Origin: Catajapyx aquilonaris
Taxonomy: Eukaryota
Assembly: GCA_000934665.2 (NCBI GenBank)
Contig: JYFJ02007255.1
Location: 1-35,773 of the forward strand
DNA: 35,773 nucleotides
Reading direction: 5' to 3'
In this document: positions 13,230 to 24,100 of the stretch, piece by piece
Layout of the letters: each line of letters starts with the position of its first letter
Numbering within the stretch: position 1 is the first letter of the stretch
Notes under the pieces: generated by a model
What the model was told of the DNA's origin: nothing
What the model saw: only the letters and a program-made list of their open reading frames with translations
The model's database searches: none
Translations under genes and position numbers: made by a program

Positions 13230-13785
13230 TGTAAACATGCTGTACAAGGTCCACCAAAAAAATTTGCGTGAATGTTCCTTACCGAGTCAGGATTGGGTCG
13301 GGTTCAGTATCCTCTGACAAAGGTCGATAGTCTTTGTTTACATCCGCCCAGGTCACGTGCTCTGAACCCGGGACAACAAACCGGACTATATAAAAAAAAT
13401 GCTGATGCTGGGAGTGGAGGCTTCTCTCTCACTGTGTGACACTGTGGCCCTGCGGAGCTGCCCAGCATGCACCAGCAGACGCGTCGGCCACGCGCTTTGC
13501 TTTGGCGCCGGATCCTACACACAAGAAAGGAGTTGTTGAGATCGCGCATAGAGTGGCGCCGGCGCCTCTAAAGCCCCTGTCCGCATGCGGGCACAGGGCT
13601 CTCCAAAAATTATACACTCAATGCTCCCGGACACTTATGAGCAACTAACACTAGTGCACCAAGGTCGTGACGTAATGAGCAGGTGGTAAAATGGCTGGAG
13701 GATGATGGTCAAGGAATTTCAATGAGGGAGCAAAAAAAAATTTAAAGGTCACGCATAGGGGGGGGTCCAAATTCAAGGTCGACTT
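13230..13785. promoter_or_regulatory. Candidate promoter/enhancer: GC/CpG-rich patch with clustered transcription factor motifs
   Basis: Several AGGTCA/AGGTCG half-sites, two forkhead cores, E-box GTCACGTG, TATATAAA, TTTGGCGC and TGACGTAA within 550 bp. Motif evidence only. Confidence 0.35.
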
Positions 13786-15729
13786 GTCTAGGAAAGTTGC
13801 GCGTCTCAGTTTCATTACTTAAAAATTTGCTACAAACTTAGGAAGGAATTTTCGTCGCACTGCTATAGTTAGCAGTACCAATGTTAGGGATGGTTACTAC
13901 CCTTAGTGTAGAATTTTCGTCCCACTGCTTGATACTGCTAAGTTAGCAGTAACTAGCAGTAGGACTAAAAGTTATTAATAGTATGTGACACCACCGAAAC
14001 CACGCCCTGATGTGACAAACCTTCAAACTCACCGCACTAACTAAGGTTATTCCCACACACTATCTGTCCGGATAAGTGTTACGACATGCAGTGTGTACGT
14101 GGTAAATGAAGCCTACCTTGCAGGTGCAGCACAGAGGGGGGGAGAAAAAAAAATCCTGCTGAACAGTACTCCAACTAGCGATTGACTGGCTGCGGTGGAA
14201 GGTGTGACGTCCGTGCAGGTTTCAACCGGTTTATCACTACTCACAGCCCCCCAAAAAAGAGTTGGGAGAATATTGTGTAGAGAGGTCTCTCCAACACTGG
14301 TAGCAGCAGGACATGAAGGAAAAAAAAGTCATGCATTTGAAGCACCACTTCCTGAGTATATGGATAACATTCAGCGGATGTTTGGATCCGCCCCCTCACA
14401 TTATTCAGATTGCGGCGTAATATTTGTGTGTGTGTAAAACACTGCCTGATATCGTAAGTGTACAGTGCGCATTCCTGTGTAAAATAAGCTCGTGATTGAG
14501 ATGTACGGATATCTTCTGAATAATCACTCGAGGATGGTAATTCGACTCGATCCTTTCTTACAAAGATTTCTGGAGTACTTTGAACTTTTTTTTTTTTCTT
14601 CCTATAGATCGTCATTACTTTACTTATCCCTGGATGATTCTGCTCTCTATACACAATTCGGTTCAAAATTGATGTACTGTACGCATGACCTTTTTGAGGG
14701 CATCTGGTTTTTTTTGGAAGTCCCTGAATGTCAAGTGTCTGGAAAGACACGGCTCAACATGCGTGTCCACAATATTCCCTAGTTGAGATCGATATTCACA
14801 CACTGAACCTAGTACATGTTGGGAGAAGTACACACACAAAAAAAGGGCGTTGGCTAAGTGTCGAAAATACATCAATTGCGTATACACAAATAGCGTAATG
14901 ACCCCTTGCGATGTACTGCAAACCCCCCCCATTTCAATTACCCCACAAAATATATTCGGACCCAATGCGAAATGAGGCGAATCACTCAGGGAGTGGACCA
15001 GATTTATGACCATTGTTTGTGCAGCATGTTCCGCAATTTCCGGTGCAGTTTTTTTTATTGTGCTGGACAAAATTAGGAGCAGGCTGGAAGTGGGGGTAAT
15101 TCATATCAATTCACTGGAGGATTGTTGCCATATGGACAGCTTTTGTTGAACAAAAAGTCGCCTGATTGTTGGGAAAGTGATTACTTCTGGTATTTGCTAC
15201 ATTGGACGAGATTTTATTTGCTGTGTTCAGAGCGTGCAAAAAAAATTAGCAGGATTGAAGCTGTTGCTAATGAGCAGGCTGATTTTTTGTTTTAAAATTT
15301 GTTGACAGCATCGATTCCCATCTAATTAGAAGCTTCAAATTAGCAATATTTTATCAAACAAGTGTTTGCAGAGATGACAATTTCATCCCCCAAAAAATTG
15401 GCATGAAATATGCCATTGATTTTAAGAGATATCATTATTTGAATTTAAAAACCAGCCCACCTTAAATTTTTTGACACATTTCAATTTTGGCTGGCAGAAT
15501 GCTGCGGGGGTAGACAGACCATTAGGGAATGATTAGCTCATGGCTGCAATCAATCAACCAACCGCAACAAATCTGTCCTCTGACATAACGGCATCACAAA
15601 AAAAATTAGCAAAACCAATCAACACGCTGGCACAACCTGCACTGAAAAACAGTACGTACAATTTTTTTTTACAACTTAGGTTGCGAGAATCCCAGGATTC
15701 AAACAATGAAAAATGCTTGGGAGATACGT

Positions 15730-18062
15730 GGCGAATAGCTTACAATAGTTCTTTATTGTTCAGACTACTATACAATGTATCAGCCACACTCTTACAAAAA
15801 ATGCAATAGAAGTAAACCGTGGCGATGCGCAGTTATATTCATTCACAAAGGAGTAGTGTTGGGCATTGTTGGAAAAAAAAAAAAAAATCAAGAAGGAAAC
15901 CAAATCATAATAAAAGGAATTTGTCACAACCACTCGAGCAGCCACTGAAAAAACTTGTTCACTTTTTATTCCCTCTCCACTAGGGCGCATTTGTTCCCGT
16001 TGCAGCGTTACAATAATTTTTTTTTTCTCTCCACACTACGCACTACAACATACTAGTAAATGCTCAACTGAGATTCTTCTGAATGGCATGTAACAAATGG
16101 GTGTCCCTTGACATCTTTTTTTGCTTCCTAACTAGTCAACCTGCCGTGGATCTACTTATGGCACGCAGTCCAGATGTTGTCTAAGTATTTTCTATCCCCA
16201 AGTATTGATGTCAAAAAGAGTAAAAAAAGTGATGAAACAACCAGCGAGTGACACAACCACTTTCTTTTAAAACATGTGTCGCATGAATTGCAAACTGGAG
16301 GTTTCACCAACCATGTAAAAAAGTGTGAAAAGTCACTAACTAAAATTGAACCCGTGGAGGTAGCTGCCAATAATATTCTTCGCTCTCTTTTCCTCTCAAA
16401 TATGTATCGCCAGAGTGGGAGTTGCCATTTTCCGAAATAATAACAATGATTCGCCACATCCACTTCGACACATAGGCTGCTCTCACAAGAGATAGATTCC
16501 AACATATAAAAATACAAAATCAAAAAAGATTTGTCCAAATATAAAGCCAGGCTCTGTTCAACATCACATAAGCTACGTAGCATATTTTTTCCTTAGTTAT
16601 TTTTTTCTCTCTTTAAATCCCCCTTTTTTTTCTTCTTCAAAGGCAAAAAGGCAAACTCCTCAATAACTGCTTCCTGTTAGGCTCTACCAAAATTTTTTCC
16701 ATTTTTAGATACAAAATAACTTCTTAGGCACTGATATGCAAAAACACACGTCTCTGGCAAATTAAGAAGTGACGTCTAGAATATTGTGTACATCTTGTAA
16801 ACGCCAAAAATTAAAAAAGGAGTAACACCTTTCTTTGTACATAACTTCCAGGACAATTGTTTTTTTTTTTCTCCCTTTTGTTAAGAAATAAAAAAATTCT
16901 CTCCGTCAATTTCCGTCTTCGTCCCCCTACTTTTCAAACCCACACCTGGAATGCTTTGCACAAATGCAATGCTGGACAAAACAATGCAAACCCCACATTT
17001 TTTTAAAAAATAATTAAAAAATAAAAAAATTCGTCGAGCCCAAAAAGGAAGTGGAATGGGATTTGATCATTTAAAAACCCGCCTACGAACACTTACAAAG
17101 TTGATTGTGGTGCTCAGAGCGAAAATTTACAAAGGATGAGGATGGGCGGGATAGGAAAGGGGAAAGATGAGGGTCGAAAAGCACAAGTCCGCCACTCTGA
17201 TTACTTAAGGTTTCAAAAATTGGGACTGGCACAACTATTTTTTTTTTTTCTCTCTCTCTGGGTAAGCAGGTCAAATATTCTGTCACATACTCTCTTTAAA
17301 ACAAAACAATCTGGTGGGAGGAAGGGTGGGAAGGAAACATTGTCTGTTTCATGGAGGGTCGTTTCCTACCCATTTCAAAAAAAAAAATCTTCACCAGCAC
17401 CTTTTTTTTTGTCCTGTCATTTCCCACCATATTTTTTTCTTTTCTCTCTCTTTTTCCTCTTGCACCGTGGGGGGGGGGGAATTAAAAAATAAAACGGGTC
17501 ACCCAAAAAAGCACTTCTAAGCGCAGCACGAGTAGGACATGAAGCAACAAACTGTCTTTTTCTTTTTGCAACTCCTTCGCAACAATGCAGCACAAGACAC
17601 TCGATTTTTTTTTTTCTCCCCCTTCTTAAAAGTAAACTGAGGGGAGGGATCAGGTAGAAGAGAGATGGGGACGGGGGAAGGGCTACAAAAAAAAAAATTT
17701 GGGTGGCAGTGAACAACAATGCAAAATATGTACATCTTCAACAGCACATTTAAAAAGAGATGTACACACCTCCATGACAAAAAGCAACTGTGTCCATTTT
17801 ATTATTTCTCTCTCTTTTTTTAAATTGGTGTAATCTCCATCATCCCTCCGTCCCTACCCTGCACTCCGCAAAGTGCCGCATTTTACTCATTTTAAAAACC
17901 ATGGCAGGAAGTGTGAGATTCAACCAAAAACTTATGTAGTTTTTGGAATCGAACATGGAGCTTAATTCTTTGCTGATGTTCAGAGGAGGCAGGGATGAAG
18001 GGGGGATCAGGGGGTAACAGAGCGAAGAAAATCACTTATGAGGAGACTGTGGGGAAGAAACA
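15730..18062 (-). other. Putative Nrg 3' UTR (end uncertain)
   Basis: Directly follows the stop codons and is strongly U-rich on the minus strand. AATAAA (minus) occurs at 17798-17803, 15965-15970 and 15752-15757. Confidence 0.55.
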
Positions 18063-18160
18063 CTAGACATATGTAGCGATAGGGGACGGCGAAGTCTCGT
18101 CCTGCTTGCGTTTGCTGGACCCATATTGACCGATGAATGATCCGTCTTCGGTGAAGCGGC
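18063..18160 (-). CDS. Nrg: Neuroglian distal alternative terminal exon (GRFTEDGSFIGQYGSSKRKQDETSPSPIATYV*), resembles the neural Nrg180 isoform
   Basis: ttttgacag| acceptor, phase 1; FTEDGSFIGQY and terminal ATYV as in Drosophila Nrg180; TAG at 18065-18063. Confidence 0.93.
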
Positions 18161-21100
18161 CTGTCAAAACAAGTAGTAAAAGAAATTGTCGCATTGTAAC
18201 GCAAGATTTGAGTGGCATGCAAATTTTTCTGTGCAATAACTGAAAACAGACCAGAACTCAGGATAAAAAAGGTGCAAAACATACCGCGGAGCAAAAAACT
18301 CGTCAGACTAGGGTGGCGAACGCGGAAGAAGTCTCAGCCGGCCTTTTCTGCTTGCCGTATTGGCCGATGAAGGAGCCGTCCTCGTTCATCCCCTCTTTAA
18401 GTTCACAAAACAAAACATAACGATTAAACAAAATGAAAACGAGAAAGGAAAACTGAAACAGCATGAAACAGAAGTCGAGCTCACATTTCAGAGAGCTGCA
18501 ATCCGTAAAACAGGCGGAAGAGAAGGAAAGAAAAGCGAAAGGTTAAGAAGAGCAAAATGCTTAAAAACCTTAAACCCACAACTGAATTTTGAGAACTAAA
18601 GGAACTTAAACTGATAATATTTTTTTTGTGACTTTCAGTGCTTGCCAATCCACTGACCTGTCTCCCCTTCCCCGTATTCAGCCATGGAATCGGTGTCGCT
18701 CTCCGGAGGTACTTTGGCATCGCTGCTTACTGACGCCCTGCCCTGAGACCTGCCATCCAAGCTGCAACAAAGGCAGTCAATGAAGTGCCTGCAATCTCAA
18801 CTTGCCAAAGCAGAAATTTCACTGTAGTTACACAAAATGTGGGGCCCTTGACAATCGCACAAACTGCAAGAGTGTCTGCATCACCATTACGTAATTCTCC
18901 AGTGACTAGAAATACATTTCAGCAATACTATTCAACAGCAATGAGGTTTGCAGTTCACTCTGCAGCATTATTTATTTTAAAAGGGAGTGAAAGGGCTTTC
19001 CTTCTGTCGAGTGATTTCACGGTTATATACTCACGGCTGAGAGTACTCATGGAATCCTCCCTCTTCGGGGTAGTCCCCCCTCCCATGGGCAGTCTCCCTT
19101 TCGTGAACGGCGTATTTCCCGCCACGGTTGCGCTTAATTATGCACACGATGATTAGGACCAGCAAGAGGAAGGCGATGGCCAGCATCATCCCGATAAACC
19201 AGCCGGCGGTCGCCACAGTCTCCGTCGCCTGAATGATAGGCCCATCTGTAAACAAAAGCAGCAACGTTAGAAACACTCGGGATTTAGTATGATGCGGTAA
19301 GACCTGCCTCGCTGCTTTGGGCACCAAGTACAGCTCGACATTTTCGCACACTGCTGTGTGTGTAAAGGGTAAACCACACCCTACTTTCAAGATAGAAAAG
19401 GAACTGATGTGGGTTGGGCTCAACGACAGCCAGTGGATCAGTATGTCACTGAGCAACCCTCCCTAAATTAGTTGGCTCTCAATGAAAATTCCAGACCCAC
19501 GCCCCCCTTACAGGGTTGCAACATTTCAACTCTTTTTTTTTCCCCCGACTCAGGGCAATCGGAAGGTAACTTGCTCATTGGGTCAGGACTTCTCCAACAT
19601 TCCTAAAATTAGCCAACTGGAAGGATGCCAATCAATGCCCCATAAGGAATTCTCGGCAGAGACTCGCAGCAATCGAGCACTAACCAATCCCAGGTTTGCT
19701 AGAGAGAGAAAAAAAAGGTTGTTTGGCACTTGAGTAACTGCGCAAATAGGCGAGGTCATTGGACAATAGTGTAGAGATGTTACTTTAGGATGTAATTTAC
19801 TTTGCATGATTACGTTGGAATTGTTATAATTATTTTCTTCCACAGCATTTACACAGGTGGTGTTTCTAGCAAATCAGACTTTCAGCATACTCATTAGCCC
19901 AAAATAAGCAAATCGGTGACAAGGCAGACAGCCACCCACATTTGCCTTTCACTAAAAACATGCGGCAGCACACAACTTTTTACGTGGAGATTCCCCGGCA
20001 GATTGTCACCCACACATGATTGCGGCTCCGGAAGTTCCACTAGTAAGAAACACAGTCATTATAACGAATGTGGGAGTTGGCTGCCTCGTCTATTCAAGAA
20101 CATCATCCCAAGCCAATGGACCGGGTAATGCGATTGGCTGAGTCTTGCCTTTCCCTTCCAAGGTCAATATTAAGGGTCCTTGATCAAATGCCATCTGCAG
20201 TCTGGAAGCCACAGTGCACAAAAACCAGTCGTGGGTGGACATTACGGCAAGTATGAAAGTCAAAAAGTAAGTTATTAACTTGTCCCAACGAATTGATTTA
20301 TCAAATATTTTAGTTGCTCATGTGACAGCCGCTAGTTGGGATGCTGCCAAGCACACAACTGTATCCAGACAATTTATTCATCTCCAATGTAGAAGTGTTC
20401 AGTCTTCATTAAGATCTTTTTGCGATCTAGTTCATTGCAATTTAATATGCAAAATTGCTCATTGTTTCATAGATCGCCATTTTTCCTAGTATTTTTCGTA
20501 TGATGTTGATTAGGTTAGGGCAAATACGTCCCGAGTGACCCTTACCTGTGCTGTATATCTCAACCTCTTCAGGGTCGCTCTCTGTGAAGTAGTCGCCATC
20601 TACCGCCACAACCCTGAAGATGTACATTTCTCCTGGCTCTAGTCCCTTGATGATCTTGCTGTCCTCGTACAGTTCTGGGTCAGACTTGGAGTAATCAGGC
20701 TTCCCTCTCTGCTTGTGCTGCACATAAAAGTGTGACCCAGGTCGCCCCTCCACATTGGGAATCCACGTGACCTTGACTGCGGCCAGTCCATTCTCAGTGG
20801 GAAGCTGCGACCAGAGGAAGCGGGGCTTGTCTGGCGGTACAGCAACATTGCTGCGTGTGCTTTGTTCGATGAAGTATCCTGTCCCCTCTCCTGCTTCTGT
20901 TCGCGCCTTTATGTGGATTCGATATTTAGTGGCCGGCTCGAGGCCTGCCAATTTCGCTCGAGTCTGGTTCGGATCGTTGATCATTGGGAAGCGGTCCTTT
21001 GGCTTGCCCACTTTCGTCCCTTCCACCTGGGGACAAGTACAAACGAAGGAGTTGATAACAAGGCAAATATTTGCAAACTAATAAGACAATGTTTTACAAC

Positions 21101-24100
21101 CTCTTAAAATGAGCATAATCTAATTAGAGCATTCGGCTGTGCAAGCCAACGTGGGTTCTTGAAACTGAAGAGCTTCTAGTGGGCTTCCAATTAATCTAAA
21201 AATGCTAATGGAAGAGGCTTTTCTAGACTCATCCAGAGCATTTTCCGAGATCAGTTTGAAGCAGGTGAAGCGCTGACATCCTATTCGCAGGAGAGAAAAT
21301 CTCCCCAAAATTTTACTGATGCACTAGGAATATTTTGCACAGTTAATACAGGAGTGAATGAGTATATCTCTTTTAAATAATTAAATCTAAATATTTTAAA
21401 TATATCGCGAAATTGCACTAACCTGCTGGTAGTAAATGTTGTAACCGGTCAGAATTCCATTTGGCTCCTGTGGTTTCTTCCACACCAGGAAGAGTGCGGA
21501 TGACCCCATGGGCACAGCCTCAAACGAGTCCACTGGACCAGGTGGTCCCTGCGGCGTTTCGAAGCTCAGCGTCTCACTGGATGGCCCGTTGTAAGCCCCG
21601 TTGTATGCCAGCACCCGCACATAGTTCTTAGAGTATGGCACAAACTTGTCCACAACCGCTTGCGTCACGTCATTCTTGACAAGAATCTCCCTCATCTTTT
21701 CTTCGCCTTCGCGATCAGTCCAGGTCTGGATCTTGTATCCCTTAAACTCACCCCGAAGTGAATCTGGATTTACTGCGTTCCAGCTCAGAAGTGCAGTGCG
21801 GCTGTCCACAATCTCGACCAGTGTGAAGTTCCTTGGCGGGTCCGTTGGTTCTGCCTCGCCCGAGTAGCCAATCTCCTCTTTCGCAGCAACATTAGCCTCT
21901 CCCTTTTCGTTGAGCGCCATAACTTTGACCCGATATTTTTTGTAAGTTGGCTGGTTCGGCACTAATAATGAGGATATCTCCCAGTCCGTTATGTCTTCAA
22001 TTGTCCACCTCTCACCAGGTATATCCCGGCGGTAATAGACACGGTAGCGGAATCCAGGAGCATTGTGCTCGATCTCAGGCATTGGCTATTAAAAGAAATC
22101 AAATTGCGAATAACGGAAATTCCACAGCACATATACAATTTTTATAATCAATATGGTTATCAAATAACCGAAATAATATTGATAAAACCGCTACTCACTG
22201 TCCATGTGATGACGAGGTTGTCTGGAGCTGTTCCCCTCCCTTTCACGTTATCCGGATTTTTGTAAGGGACGTCAGGCGGAGTTGTGCACATTTCCGAGTG
22301 TCCTGATGGCGGTGACTGCCCGATCTTGTTCCTGGCAATGACCCTGAAGGTGTAGTTGGTCCATGGTGACATAGCCACACTGTAGCTCTTCTCCGAGGAC
22401 GGCACGGTGTCTTCCACAGTCTCCCACGAGGCTGGAGTGAAGCTGGTGTTGTGCTGGAGGATGTAGCTGAGGATGGGCGCTCTGTTGTCTCCCATCGGCT
22501 GCCACTGGATGGATGCATCCCGGCTGTTGCACAGTACACTAAGCAGCTCCGGGGCATTGGGAACATCCTGGACAATAAGGGTAGCAACGGAGGTAGCCTC
22601 GTCCAACTCGGTGCTGGCCACACAAGTGTAGTCCCCTGTGTCCAACTCCGTCGTCTTGGTGACTGTCAAGGAGTAATCAGATAGCTGCACGAAGCGGGGC
22701 TCTGCTTCCACGTCAATCAGCTCCCCATCACTCAGCCAGCTCACAGTCAGTGTCAGCGTCGAGTCAGTCACAGCATTGCACCTAGAATATTAACAAATCA
22801 ATTAACATTCACCTGGATGATACACTTGCTCTTCTCTAGCAAACTCGTGTCAACACAGAACTAAAAATGGGTGTCAATTGCGCAAATGCAGTACCTGAAT
22901 GTGGCGGAAGCACCAGCTGCCACCTCGTAGTCCTCTGGTTCATTGGTGATCCTGGTGTGCTCCTTCACCACAAGCGATCCCTTCGATTCGGCCTGTCCAA
23001 ACTTGTTGGTTGCATGGCAGGTGTATTCCCCAGCATCCACGAACCTTACGTCCCGAATCTCCAAGTCCCCTTCATCCTGCACAGTGTACCTGCCACCAGT
23101 CAGCTCCTGCCCACCGCGCAGCCACTTCACCAGAGGCTTCGGTGCGCCCATCACTCGGCAGGTCAAGTTGACACTCTTCCCGTCAACAGTGGCCGTGTCC
23201 TTCACAGGGTCTGTGATCTCCGGTGCCAATGCCAACACATTTACGTACACATCCTGGTATATATACCCTTGCGCATTGGTTGCATTGCACCCGTAGTTTC
23301 CTGTGTCAGTCTTCTCCAAGTTCTCAATCACCACACGGTTTTGGTACACCTTCCGCCGAGGATTCGGTGTTGCTTGTTCGATTGGGACGCCGTTGTGGAT
23401 CCATTTTATCTCGGGGGTTGGCACACCTTCAGCTTCGCACCTGGAGTGAAAACAGTGAGTGAACATTAAGTGTCCAACACCAAAATGTGCACAGCCGAAT
23501 GACTGTGAACATATTGATGCGAGAAAACAATATCAAAGTATGCACCTGAACTCAGCAGTTTCCCCTTCAGCGGCCGTGACCACTTCCGGCTTCACAGTGA
23601 AGTACGGTGTGGCAATGACTTTGAGGTCAATGGAGTACGAGTTTGCAGTACCCACACCATTGCTGGCCTCACACACATAGTTTCCCTCGTCCACAAAGTC
23701 AACATATTTGAGCACCAGCGTCTTCCCGTAGTTATTGTAGGTGACCCTGTCATATGGAAGTGATCCGCCCTTTTTGGTCCAGCGGATCTCTGGCAATGGG
23801 GTACCACCATAAATGCACCAAAGCTCAACTTTCTTTCCTCGAAGGCCCACCATGTTCTTGCGAGTCACATACTGCTGCTGCGGCTCATGCTTGTTCTGGG
23901 CGCCGGAGCTGCCAGTCGCCACCACGTTCAGGACCACTTTGTTGCCCAGCTTGTACTCGTTCCTGGGAATTCGCAAAATTCAATCAGTCGATGGTAATAA
24001 CAACCATTAGGAGCTCCCACTAAAGTAATTACACAACATTTCACAATATATCACACCATCCCAGTTGTTCAGAATGAAAATGCCTAATTGCACTCACAAT

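Noticed and set aside
19074..19082. RGD tripeptide in neuroglian
   Set aside because: It lies in the cytoplasmic tail, so it cannot be an integrin ligand.
20639..24023. Numerous overlapping plus-strand and alternate-frame ORFs
   Set aside because: Shadow ORFs of GC-rich Nrg exons with no independent protein motifs.
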